A DNA stretch of 62,000 nucleotides, taken from NCBI GenBank assembly GCA_951406725.2, contig OX597821.1, positions 102,320,001 to 102,382,000 of the forward strand, written 5' to 3'. A program made the translations under genes and the position numbers. Source of the DNA: Octopus vulgaris. Lineage: Eukaryota. The stretch's first letter is position 1. Each line of letters opens with the position of its first letter. Below, in pieces: positions 38,491-51,705 of the stretch. Below the pieces are notes generated by a model. It was not told where the DNA came from. It worked only from the letters and a program-made list of their open reading frames with translations, and ran no database searches.

Positions 38491-38763
38491 CATCGGCACC
38501 TGTATTGACATGTAACACGTGTCAGGCTTTTAACGGTCTTAAAGCATTCATCACCACTGTCGTCGTTGATTAGCCTCTCCGCCCTGATTTAGCAAGATGT
38601 ATGATCAGAGACGTTCCAACCGTGACCATCAGCACCTGTATTGACATGTAACACGTGTCAGGCTTTTAACGGTCTTAAAGCATTCATTCACCACTGCCGT
38701 CGTTGATTAGCCTCTCCGCCCTGATTTAGCAAGATGTATGATCAGAGACGTTCCAACCGTGAC
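38491..38763. repeat. Near-perfect tandem duplication, 136/137-bp units
   Basis: Units start CATC(G/A)GCACCTG at 38491 and 38627; they differ by about 2 substitutions and 1 indel. Confidence 0.95.
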
Positions 38764-38926
38764 CACACCGTTTTTTTTTCTTTTCTAGCAAGCGTAGTGT
38801 ATCTAGGACTACATTATTCAGTGTATGCTCACATTAAGATGTTAGAGTTGGATCTTTTAAAATTCTTTCTAACCACCAGAATTTGCCAAATTTTACTAGA
38901 TTTTTAAAAACGTTTTCTACATTGAT

Positions 38927-39314
38927 ACTCTTTCACTCGCTTCAGCCATTTGGCTGCGGCCATGCTGGAGTACCGCCTTTAGTCGAGCAAATCGATCCCA
39001 GGACTTATTCTTTTTAAGTCTAGTACTTATTCTATCGTTCTCTTTTGCCGAACCGCTAAGTTACGGGGGACATAAACACACCAGCATCGGTTGTCAAGTG
39101 ATGTTGGGGAGACAAACACAGACACACACACACATATATATATATACATATATACGACGGGCTTCTTTCAGTTTCCGTCTACCAAATCCACTCACAAGGC
39201 TTTGGTCGGCCCGAGGTTATAGTAGAAGACTCTTGCCCAAGGTGCCACGCAGTGGGACTGAATCCGGAACCATGTGGTTGGTAAGCAAGCTTCTTACTAC
39301 ACAGCCACTCCTGC
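38927..39314 (-). mobile_element. SINE family A, young copy
   Basis: Near-full reverse-complement match to 37399-37808. Confidence 0.9.
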
Positions 39315-40299
39315 AAAAACTTTTATTATTAATAATTTCAAGAGTGGGGAGGGGGATGAATGTGATTTTCATCATTTGCAAACAAAACTACAACAGTGTG
39401 TCTGTGTGTGTGTGGGGGAAATGGTGGTTGGAAAGAATTTAAAAGGACACGCATAAAAGATTTGGCTGCTATTTCTAACAGATCAAGTGACTGCATGGAG
39501 GTCAACTACATATCGGTTCCAACTTACATCCTTTGTTCTAACGTTATACCGTACTGAAAGTCACTTGACCACGCCACCCCCCGTTCCACGTTTATAGTTC
39601 ATCATGTATCGACACATTTCAGCCTGAAACAGCTGGTGACTTCAACTACGACATCATCACACAGCTGAACTTTGTCTCAACCCTATAAAAATGTTTCATA
39701 TAATCCCTCAATCAAATAATAGACCACGTGGGAGCAACTTATTCGAGAAGCGCCCACCACCCAAGGTAGTTTTTTTGTTAGGCGTGCCATTCAGATAATC
39801 CCGCGGGCCGCAATTTGCCCATTACTAATCTAGATGTAGTAGGCTCTATAATAACAGTCTGAAGCCATTCCATCAAGATTTAACGAGGGAGTATCTACAC
39901 AATCGCTTGACCAGCTAGAAATAGTAGCCACCCCCTACTATTTGCTTAAAAGAAAGGACACGTTGTATAATGTATTCCTATTTCTTTGCTACCCACAAGG
40001 TGCCAAACACAGAGAGGACAAATAAGAACAGACAAACGGATTAAGTCGATTATATCGACACCAGTGCGCAACTGGTACTTATTTAATCGACCCCGAAAGG
40101 ATGAAAGATAAAGTCGACCCCGGCGGAATTTGAACGTTGTATAATGTATTCCACGATGCTCCAACAGACACAGTCGGAAGCTGGCGTGGTGCTTAGACAA
40201 CAAAAACGATCTTTCAGTGCATGAACCAACGAAACCATCTACATAGTCGCTAAATTGCTAGAAATAGAAGCTTAAATTTCCCGAACCCACAGTCTACAG

Positions 40300-40572
40300 C
40301 AGTGGTTCTCAACCATTGTTTGCCTATGAAACCCTTCTGATTCCTATTTTACTCGGCTGGACTCACCCCGCCCACCCAGATATTCGATGTTAATTTTAAC
40401 AGCAAAATCTTATGCGGGGTCCGCCCTTCGCTGCCCCCCTCGTCTCCCGTCCGCCGCCGCCGGTCGAAATCGTTTCGACCCGCAGCGGCCCGGTGTGCGG
40501 CAGTCGGATCGCAAACCGTTTTTGCTCCGCGAACGTTTCTTCGCGCGTTTCCCTGTCGGTTGAGAACCACTT
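40300..40572. mobile_element. hAT MITE of the 56099 family with GC-rich captured interior
   Basis: TIR CAGTGGTTCTCAACC/GGTTGAGAACCACT; the left third matches the 56099 copy; 40414-40558 is about 69% GC by manual count; no TSD. Confidence 0.75.
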
Positions 40573-43510
40573 CATAATACAATAAAATTATTTCGATTTG
40601 CTCCAAATGACGGTGGTCAGACATTAAAACCAAAAATGCCCTTCGTTTGTTCAAAATTAGTCTTCATTCGTTTAAACTTCTTTATCGTTAAGAGCATCGT
40701 TATTATTGATATGAAGGCTGCAAATTGGTAGAATCGTTAGAGAGTCGGTAAAAGTGCCTTGCGGTATTTGCCCCCAGCTCTTTATGTACTAAGATCAAAT
40801 CCTGCAGAGGTGTATTAGCCTTTCGCGGCCGATAAGACAAAGAACTAATTAAGTACTAGTGTCAATGGCATCCATTAATCTCGTCCCTTCAAAATTGTTG
40901 GCCCTGTGCCTAAATTAGAAACCTTTATTAATGATATCACCAAGACGGAGAGCTAGCAGAAATCAGCAGAGCACTGGATAAAAATACATTGCGGTATTTT
41001 ATGGAACTCATTATGTTCTAAGTTCAAATCCCGCCCGGGGTGGATGAATTAAAATACTATTTAAATTATGGGGACGTAAACAAACCAACACCGGTTGTTA
41101 AGCGGTGGGAAGTGAAACAAACACAGACGCGTACACACATATGCGACGGACTTCCACAGACTTTCCGTCAACCAAATTCACTCACAAGACATTGGTCGGC
41201 CCGGAACTATAGAAGCTACTTGCCCACGGTGTCGCGCGGTGGGATTGAACTTGAAATCACGTGGTTGCAAAGCGAACTTTTTACCCACACAGCCATATCT
41301 GCGTCTATGAAGATACCTTTTTACAAATATATTTTTCTAAAATCTATTTTCTTTCTTTTTTTTTTTTGTTATACTTTAGTTTCCATTTACGATGTAGTTG
41401 TTAAATTTTCTCTTGATATTCTGGCTTGCAATTTAAAATGTGTTATCGTTGTTAAACTACGTATTTTTGAATTAATTCAATATTTCATTCAGTCCAGCAT
41501 TTATTGCTATTCACAAATAATTGTTATATGAATAAATTATCTCTCTAAAACAATTGTTTCATTTAATGACTAATTAAAATTATGCGATGAAGGCGAATGG
41601 GATTAAATATTCTTTTTAAAAAAAATTAAATGCAAATTACAAATGTTTCAGAACGTGGAATACAATAAAATTACGGGGGGAGGGGAGAGAAAAAAGTGGT
41701 GGTTACTGCTCGCAAAGGCACGGTGAGGGTTTGCAGGCAATTAATAAGGCCCCGTTGTTTTGAAACGTAGGATCTAAAAAGACGGAGGGGGGTGGTGGAA
41801 AAAATCTTGACCATGATGGAGAAATTCCGACATATATGGAACACAGGGTCATCTTAAAAAATAAGCACACAGAGCAGTTGCCAGGGGCCTCGTGGGTCTA
41901 GGGGCCCAATTATGATCTATGTATACTGTGGTTAGCTGTCAAAAAAAGAAGAAAAAAACTACTACAGATCTCAGTACATTGATTGTCTCAGAGAACTGTA
42001 ATGCTTCTAAGACAGCTCTGGTGGGTCAGCTATTTAGAAAGTTCGTCAATTATGCAAGCGGGGGTTGTTTGTAAACTACAGCGGCTACTGTTTGTCACAT
42101 TTCAGTATGGAACAACTGCCTTTAAAAGCAATTCTAAACAATGAACAGAATACATACTTAATGCGTATGTACCATTAAAAGCCTTCTAAATTACGGTATT
42201 TATCTTGAGCGAGTTTCTCATGTAGACTTGTAGTGTTAAAAGCACAGAAAAATATCAGGAGCAGGGAAGGTTGCTTAGCAGCGGCGCTGGAATTGATAGA
42301 TCTAGAATTCTGCTTGTTAACTTCACCAGTAGCAAATATCCACGGCACCATCTTCCAAGCAACCTCAGTTGCCAGCTGATAAAGTTAAATAGTGATTGTA
42401 AAGTCACCGATGTTGCATTTATCTGGCAGGTTACAATAAATAAATAAATAATAGTCATTATTGGCAGCAGAAGCAATATTAGTTCAAAATTACGTTGATA
42501 AGACAGACTTGACTCAAAACGAAAACTGCAGTTTAGAAGGTTTTCAATAGTATATACACTTTAAGTAGGTATACAGATTGCCAATTCCGAACTACAGCAC
42601 TTCCGTCGCTAATAATGAACTCTAAATAATATACGCTGATCCATCAAATGTTAGCCCAGTTGTAACCAACCCGTCAACGTTTTCAAAGCGCATTGTGTAT
42701 CTAAGACATTATCCAACATATCCTTTTGTGAAATGAACTCTAAGGAAAAGGTGATTACATTAAATCGTTATTGTTGCTTTCACTTTCACTTTTGTGTTGT
42801 TTTGCAAATGAAGACTTTTTTTTAAAATCCCAAAAGAAAACAAATTTACTCAAAGATCGCCATTAACAAGTTTTTATTGCATGCCAAAATACTCAATCCC
42901 AACCAAATAATAATAATAATAATAATGGTTTCAAATTTTGGCACAAGGCCAGCATATTCGAGGGAGGGGATGAATCGAATACATCAACTCTAGTACTCAA
43001 CTGGTACTTATTTTATCGATTCAAAAAGAATGATAGGTAAAGTCGACCTAAGCGGAATATGAACTCAGAACGTAAAGGCAGACGAAATGCTGCTATATAT
43101 TTTGTTTGGGGGTGCTTCGCCACTTTAATTATAACAATTATTTCTAATTTTGGCACAAAGCCAGAAACTTTGAGGGGTGGGGGCAAGTCGATTACATTAA
43201 CACCATTACTTGACTAGTACTTTATTTTATCGATCCTGAAAGGATGAAAGACAAAGACGACCTCGGCGGGATTTGAACTCAGAACATAAAGAGCCGAAAG
43301 AATTACTGTAAAGCATTTTGTCCGAAGCGTTAACGATTCTGTCAATTAGCCTCAACAGTAATAATAATCTTCACCGGTTGCCAAACAAAATCGTACCAGC
43401 TGCTGATTGATGGAAGTGGAAACAAACTTAATGATCCCCTACAAGTTTAAGTAATTTGCACTTGGTACGGTTTTATGTATATTAGTCAACAAGATCTGAA
43501 CAATTTAGAC

Positions 43511-43793
43511 CAGGGCTGGCAAACCTGCGGACCGCTTGATACCTTCTTGAAGTATTGTTTAATTTCAAAATAAAATTGTGTAAAACATTTGTCTCAAAAT
43601 AAATAAAAAATTCATAAGTGGCAATAAAGCAATAGCCTACAATTTTATAATTTTAAACAAACGAAAAGTCTGAAAAATTCTTGATTCTGTAATTTGATTA
43701 TTTGACTATTAGTGCATAAAGTATACAAGCGCGCCCCACCCCACTTTCTGTGATTAAAGTGGCCCGCAATCTAACTCGAGTTGACTAGGCCTG
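43511..43793. mobile_element. hAT (Charlie-like) MITE
   Basis: Ends CAGGGCTGGCAAAC...GTTGACTAGGCCTG; 8-bp TSD ATTTAGAC/ATTTAAAC. Confidence 0.75.
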
Positions 43794-45157
43794 ATTTAAA
43801 CACACTGAGCTCAAGACCTTCAATCATCTCTCATGGTGAGACTAAATATCTGACACTTTCATTATGACATACGCCAGTAGCATACTTATAATGTTATAAG
43901 GTGTGCAAAATGAAAAATTAGGAGTTCCAAAAAATGGTCAGCTATTTAAAACAATACTATTTATAGGAAATTGACATTTTTTTTTTACATATTAAACGTA
44001 CATGACTAAACCTCTAAGTATACGAATGTAGATGCGTTTCAGAATGTGCAAACAAGACTGTTTTCGCTAATGTCGACCTACTCTTTTACTTGTTTCAGTC
44101 ATGTGACTGTGGCCATGCTGGAGCAACGCCTTTAGTCGAGCAAATCGACCACAGGACTTATTCTTTGTAAGCCTAGTACTTATTCTATCGGCTCGGCAAA
44201 ACAGAGCAATAGAATAGGTACCAAGTTAAAAATAAGCACCGGGATCGATTTGACTAAAAACCTGAAGGTGGTGCCCCAGCGTGGCCACAGTACAAAGACT
44301 GAAACAAGTAAAAGATAAAATGTATATATATGTATGCACACACTTTCACATTATATACCTGTGTACATATATAAATACATGTGTGATGAGTTTACAAAAA
44401 TGAGATAAGGGAAATGGGCTAATGGCAAGAAATTCAAGCCAGCAATGATGTACTGAATACATCATGAGAAAAGGAGGGGGAGGGGAAATGAAAGTTAACT
44501 AAAATATACAACTTAATTTAGAGTGGGGGAGAGGAACCTTTTCCTTTCTCCTAAAGGTACAAGGATTGAAATTTGGTGAGAGGAGACTAGTCGATTACAT
44601 TGACCCCTCCCAGTGCGTAACTGGTACTTAATTTATCGACCCCAGCGGAATTTGAACTCAGAACGTTCAGACAGACGAAATACTTATTTCTTTACTACCC
44701 ACAAGGGGCTAAACACAGAGAGGACAAACAAGGACAGACAAACAGATTAAGTCGATTATATCGACCCCAGTGCGTAACTGGTACTTATTTAATCAACCCC
44801 GAAAGGATGAAAGGCAAAGTCGACCTCGGCGGAATTTGAACTCAGAACGTAGCAGAAGACGAAATATCACTAAGCATTTCATCGTTGGAGCGGGGAACCT
44901 AATGCTACTTGTTAATGATTCCCAACGAAAAGGGGAGAGAATATCAAAGGATTAAGAATTAATGTCAACGAAATTTAAATTTCTTTTACAGGAATTAGCT
45001 TAAATTTATGTTATTGATTCACTTCAATAATTTACCTTGGTTCACATCACTTTGTGTAACTAGGTAAATTATACTGGACAACAACATTCTTCATCAATCC
45101 TCATTTCCTACTCAGAAAATCTCTGTCATCTGGTTAGAGCAAATTTGAAATGATTAT

Positions 45158-45194
45158 GATTTACAGATGAGGTCTAATAAATCTGGAACACGTC
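45158..45194 (+). ncRNA. Decayed hammerhead-like motif, second family
   Basis: CAGATGA-GGTC-TAATA-AATC-TGGAACACGTC; related copies at 6039-6075 and 15495-15531. Confidence 0.35.
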
Positions 45195-45705
45195 TATAGT
45201 TGTCACTTTGCAAGCTAACGAAGATCAGGTCTACTCTCACCTTAAATGTGGAAATTCAATTAACTGAGAAATTATTTCTTTCTTTATTGGAATTATCTCC
45301 TCTTTTCTTTGAGAGTTGCAAACAATTGCCATTAGGTTTTGTTTACTTTCTCCAACTGAGAGGTAAATAATGTTTCATTGAGAATTGTTTTTGCGTCTGT
45401 CATTTAGTACACACCATGACCTATGAGTGAGTGTGTGGAGTGGAGTATCATATTAAATATTTCCATATTTTGAGCATAGTTATTTATTAAGCTATGTAAG
45501 TGTGAGAAGAAATATTAGACACAGGTGTGTCTAAAATAACAGAACAAGACTGCACATCAAGGGTCAAAGAGAAGAGAGATCCTAAACAGATACATCAAAG
45601 TTGACAGTGAAATCATCCCAGCCTTGAGGCAATAGAACAGCAAGAATATTTTGGAAGCAAAGTCATAATTATAAAACTATTTTTCACACCAGGCACAATA
45701 AAATG

Positions 45706-46001
45706 CACTTGGTTCCCAAACTTTTCGGGCTGCCGCCCCCTTGACACTCAGGGCGCATTCCTAGCGCCCCCACCCCAACTAACCATCACAAACATTGACC
45801 TCTTTCTGAAGCAAATTCAAAGCGAATGTATTTCACAAATAAAACGTAACCTAATGAACCCATTATTTTGTTCTTTTTACATGAATTGCCCCAATTGTTA
45901 TATGAATCGCTACTCCATTATCACCCAACTTTTCTTCAATGTTCACTTGGACCTTTTCACTGGCCCCAGAGTGGCAATACTGCCCACCTTAGAAACCACT
46001 G
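45706..46001. mobile_element. Decayed hAT MITE
   Basis: Ends CACTTGGTTCCCAAAC...TTAGAAACCACTG. Confidence 0.5.
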
Positions 46002-47629
46002 CTCTAAGACATACATAACAAGAAAAAGGCCTGTTTTTCTTGTGGTGTAGGTATCAGATGATGCAGACTGCAAAGAGTGACAAGATCTAGCCAACCCATG
46101 ACAGCATTGGAAAGAAAAAAATGATGATGATGATGGTGATAATGACATATTTATATAATGGGTTTTTTTCATACCAAATCCACTCACAAGGCTTTGGTTG
46201 GCCTGAGGCTATAGCAGAAGACACTTGTCCAAGCTGCCACGCAAAGAACCAGTCAAAGCTGCCACACGAAGAACCAGGTTCAGTTAATAATATTCCTATA
46301 AAACATCCAACATGTAAATGAAATTATAATAGAAGACTTGAGTGTATGAGATAAAACTAAATACCATAATCAATTAAATTCAGCACTTTTATTGTGTTGC
46401 CTGCAGAACAAATACAGATGACTGGTAACAACACATAAAGAAATTATGCTGTCATTTCATGAATTCTTTCTAGATTGCAGCTGCAGATAACACAAGTAAT
46501 GATTGCTACATCTGTGGATTCTATTAATATTGTTAAAGACAAGAATGGTTGGTGAGCTAGCAAAGTGTGAGACGAAACACTTTATAATGTTCAGTGTTTA
46601 TTAGTTTTGACTTCAAAATCCTGACGTGGCTCATTATATTTTTTTACCCCACAGCAGAAGATGAAACCAGTTCCATTGTCATATTGGTATTTCATTTTTT
46701 TTTTCTTTTAGTTGACTATACTCTTCCCTGCCACGAGAAAATGTTACTTTTGTGATTAATAAAGAAATTAATTTGCTAGCCTAGCAATATTAACAATAAA
46801 CAGACAAGAGCTATATCTAACAAGCCACTATGTAGATGTTTGACTGACCAGAAATAGTAACCAAATTTCCCTCAACTGAAATTCTACTTCTTAAAAAACA
46901 GGAAAGCCGCAATAGATAATGTAGTCCTAGATACATTATACATGGAAAAAAATCTAGGATATTCATTCCTGGAACTTCTTTGATCATAGAACTGCTCAAT
47001 CAGAACTAAACTATGATCAACAGCATTGCTTGGTGATGGCAGCAGTGGCAACAACCATGACCACCACAATCAGCCACCTTTACAACGTCCACTTTTCCCT
47101 GCTTACATGAGACAGATTAGAATACACTGGGGCAGAGTTTGTACAACCAGATGCCCTTCTTATTGCCAATACCCACTTGTTTCTAAGTAGGATAATAATC
47201 TCCAAGTCAATAGAACAATAAACACAGCCTGGAGATAATTTTATGTGGAAAACTGGAAACGAAATGGCAGTTTGAACGAGTCTTTAGTTTTACAAAAGTT
47301 GTGTAACATGTCAAGAAGCCTAGACACGCTTTCACAGTGGACTGCAAGCAAAAGACACCTTCAGCAGGTCATTGTTTACAAACCAGTGAGCACAAGGGAA
47401 ATAGGAACTTATTAACACAATCACTATACACACACACACAATGGTGTTACTCTTCATGCTGGTTCCACATGAAAATCACCCACTACACTCATGGTTGGCA
47501 TTAGGAAGGGCATGCAGCTGTAGAAACCATGCCAGAACAGACAATGGAAACTGGTGTGGCTCCTGTCAAACTGTCCAATCCATGTCAGCATGGAAAATGG
47601 ATGTTTGATAATATATGTACAAATATTCA

Positions 47630-47961
47630 TACACACACAACAGGCTTCTTTCAGTTTCCACATACCAAATCCACTCACATGGCTTTGATTGGCCTGGGAC
47701 TACAGTAGAAAGCACTTGCCCAAAGTAGCATGCAATGGGATTGGACACAGAATCATATACTCTTTTACTTGCTTCAGTCATATGACTGTGGCCATGCTGG
47801 AGCACTGCATTTAGTCGAGTAAATCGACCCCAGAACTTATTCTTTGTAAGCCTGGTACTTATATCAGTCTCTTTTGCCGAACCGCTAAGTTATGGGGACC
47901 TAAACACACCAGCATCGGTTGTCAAACGATGTAAGGGGGACAATCACAGACACAAACATAT

Positions 47962-48010
<49 letters not shown>

Positions 48011-48150
48011 GCTTCTTTCAGTTTCCGTCTACCAAATCCACTCACAAGGCTTTGGTCGGCCTGAGGATATAGAAGAAGACACTTGCCCAAGGTGCCATGC
48101 AGTGGGACTAAACCCGGAACCATGTGGTTGGTGAGCAAGCTACTTACCAC
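47630..48150 (-). mobile_element. SINE family A, partial plus full copy
   Basis: 47630-47750 fragment followed by 47758-48150. Confidence 0.85.
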
Positions 48151-49334
48151 AGGAATCTAGCAGTATATACATCTTTGTCAATATCTCAATATTTATAATT
48201 TTAATAGGTTTCATCCCCAACTGTCCTCAAGTGTTTTACTCATAGATATGTACATCATATCAGATTGTAGCTGAACTAGGAACCTTTAGTTTTAAACTAA
48301 ATGTAACAATGCTCTTATTGTTTGTACACAGGTTGTTGATCACAAAACTAGATGTGATTCATAGAGCTATGACAAAGATGATAGAACAAGAATCAAAAAC
48401 AGGATCTTGCGATCATGAGTGCAACCACAAACCACTAGGCCATGTGCCTTCACAATTAAGCAGTAAAAGGGAAAAATACTGTCAGACTAAGATTACATGT
48501 TTTGGCCTTATTCTGACCTTTTCAGCAAAGGAGAATCAGAATTTGTGAATAAATAATCACATCTTGGTGATGGGATCAAATAAGATGGTTTAAGTAGTCA
48601 AATAAGATGGTTTAATTTGTTATATCATTTAGCTTGGATGAAAATGACAAAGTTATAAATTATGATGTCTCACAATTGACTGTGGTTGGATAAGTTCTGC
48701 TTCTTTAGTGAAATGAATGAGCAAGAAAAGATGTACTTCTTTCCTTCTGCATTCATTTAGTTCCACTAAAAGAGCAGGACTGGTCTTACAATACCCAATA
48801 TCTTCATTGTGCAGGCATGGCTGTGTGGTTAAGAAGCTTGCTTTGCAACCATGTGGTTGTAAGTTCAGTTCTACTGAACAGCATCTTGAGTAAGTGATTC
48901 TTCTATAACTTTCAGTTAACCAATACCTTCTGAGTGAATTTGGTACATAGAAACTGTGTGGAAGCTTGCTGCTGTATGTGTGTATATATCTATGCATGTA
49001 TGTCCTCTCTGACCCACCTAACAACAGGTATTGGTTTGTTTATGTTACCTTAACTTAGCAGTTCAGCAAGAGACTAATGAAATAAGTACCATACAAAGAG
49101 GAAGGGGAAGTACTGGGGTTGATTTGTTCAACTAAAACTATTCAATGTGCGCTTCAGCATGGCCACAGTCCAGTGATTGAAACAAATTTAAAGACCAGTT
49201 TCTTTTCATATCTAGATGTGATTAACTTTTGCCTTCATCTCTAAGGAACGAATAAAATTAACTGACAATTCTTCAAAAAAACAAACAAAAAAAAAACATT
49301 ATGCAACAAAAAGAATAACTTTAGTCAGCCATAA

Positions 49335-49915
49335 CCCTTCGAACATATCTGGCCCGAACATTCTTCTTGTTTTATGCTCAAACTGGCCAGATCTGACCTC
49401 TTACACATACCTTACAATGTTATTCTAAAAATAATCACATCATCAAAATCTTGAGACTCCAAGATAATGCACGGCTAATTCAAAATAATGTGATTAAATC
49501 TCCTAATATAATAATGAGTGTATTTTATGTATGTGTGTGTGTATTTACACTTGATAAGATCGATATTTAAATTAACGATCTTATCCTTATATATATATAT
49601 ATATATTTGTCCAGAATGACGCTGGACGCAGAGAAAATAGTAATTCAGTGAAGGAGAGGGAGTGAGAGAAAGTAGTAGCAATGACAAAAAGGAAGGGGTG
49701 AAAAAAAAAATCAGTGTTTCAACTCTGTGCGAGTATATATGTGTATGTGTGTGTGTGTAGAAGGGAAGTATGTGAATGTTTGTATGCGAGATTATTACGT
49801 ACCTTACTTATATATAAAATACTACAATTCGCTGTCATTATTGACGGAACATGGTCAGCTAGTCATCATCATCATCATCATCATCATTTGACAGAGTAAT
49901 CTGAATGCTAAAGGG
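49335..49915. mobile_element. piggyBac-like MITE interrupted by microsatellite-rich DNA
   Basis: ATAA-CCCTT...TTTGACAGAGTAATCTGAATGCTAAAGGG-TTAA; same family as 16340. Confidence 0.6.
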
Positions 49916-50316
49916 TTAATAAAACTAAAGCAAAACAAGTTTTCTTCAGTTAATACTTATCAGTGTGGATCCTAATTCTAAAGATAAGTGATATTGCTTC
50001 CAAATGAGGAGGGGAAACTGTTCTTGGTAGACATTGTGTTGCAACAAGAAGTTCTTTGTGAAACTGACACCTTCTAATGACTTCCATTTATTACTAGAAT
50101 TGGTTATACCACGTAGGCTTCAAATGTACACAAAACGAAAAGACAGAGACATCAAAATGGACAATGAGAATCCTACCCCACCACAAAAGCGAAAGCTTTG
50201 ACACATTATACTCCTTTGCAAAACTGAAAGCTTCTGCATAAAGGGACAGTATTAAATTATTTCTGTTTAATTGTATATTACACTGGGTAAAATAGAAAAA
50301 TTGGTATTAAAAATTG

Positions 50317-51000
50317 AGAGCGGCTGTGTGGTAAGTAGCTTGCTTACCGACCACACAGTTGCGGGTTCAGTCCCACTGTGTGACACCTTGGGCAAGTGAC
50401 CTGCTATAGCTTTGGGCCGACCAAAGCCTTGTGAGTAGATTTGGTAGACGGAAACTGAAAGAAGGCCGTTGTATATTTGTATGTATATATGTGTGTGTTT
50501 GTTGCCCCACCATCGTGTGACAACTGATGTTAGTGTGTTTACATCCCTGTAAATACGCAGTTCGGTACAAGAGACTGATAGAATAAGTACTAGGCTTACA
50601 AAGAATAAGTCCTGTGGTTGATTTGTTCGACTAAAGGTGGTGCTCCAGTATGACCACAGTCAAATAACTGAAACGATAAAAGACTAATAGAATATATATA
50701 TATATATATATATATATTTTTCTGTTTTTTACTTGTTTCAGTCATTGCACTGGCCATGCTGGGGCACCACCTTGAAAGAGTTAGTCAAGCAAACCAACCC
50801 GAGTACATATTCTTAAATCTGGTAATTATTTTATTGCTTACTTTTGCCAAACTGCTAAGCTATCAGAACAAAAACAAACCAACACCAGTTGTCAAGAGGT
50901 AGCAGTGGAGACAAACACAAACCCAAAGACACACACGACAGGCTTCCACAGTTTCTGTCTACTAAATCCAAATACAAGTCGATTGGCCCCAGGGCTATAG
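50317..51000. mobile_element. Tail-to-tail family-A SINE pair
   Basis: 50317-50680 (+), (TA)n spacer, 50718-51000 (-, decayed). Confidence 0.8.
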
Positions 51001-51494
51001 AAAAAGACACACAGTAAGACTAAATGTAAAGCAACCTTAATTAACCACGCGTTATTTCTACTAACACAGGATGGATGAGACTTACTTAGCAGTGTTCTAT
51101 GACTAGATGCCATACCTGTCACCAACCCTTGTCCCTCCGCTTCCAATAAGGTACTTGAGTTTCACTGGTCTTCACACAACACTGACAAAATGATCAAACT
51201 ACTTAAGGGATAAACAAATGCACAATTGCTGCAGCAGTGTCAATGTGAAGACACACAGAGACAAACATACATGTGCACGCACACACACAAGTGAAGTCAC
51301 ATGACCAAGTGGTGCATGGTGTTTCTGAGCCTTAAGATACTTTGTTTCACACAGCTCCACCCTATGCAACTGAAAATGAGTACCAGCCAAGTGCTGGAGT
51401 AGTCCGCTATTCCTTCAACTGTCACATCCTCAATGCTTCACAGCAACGAGAGTGAGACAGTGGGATAATGTCCATGTCATTCTGTGATTATGTG

Positions 51495-51705
51495 CAAGGG
51501 GTTGCTGAAAAGTTCCCAGCTTTAAAGATATCACAAAAGGTCTGGTTGGAAACCCAGCCTTCCGAGTTCTTTCACAGGGCTTAGAAAAACTGAAGGACCA
51601 CTGCACTAAGTGTGAATCTAAGAGGGGAATATATTAAATAAAATCCTAACTGATTCTCCTGTATTTTCTTTTACCCAAATCCAAGAACTTTTCAGCACCC
51701 TCTTG
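51495..51705 (+). mobile_element. mariner-derived MITE
   Basis: TIR CAAGGGGTTGCTGAAAAGTTC/GAACTTTTCAGCACCCTCTTG; the interior keeps a broken transposase C-terminus (..GLEKLKDHCTKC..LRGEYIK*). Confidence 0.7.
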
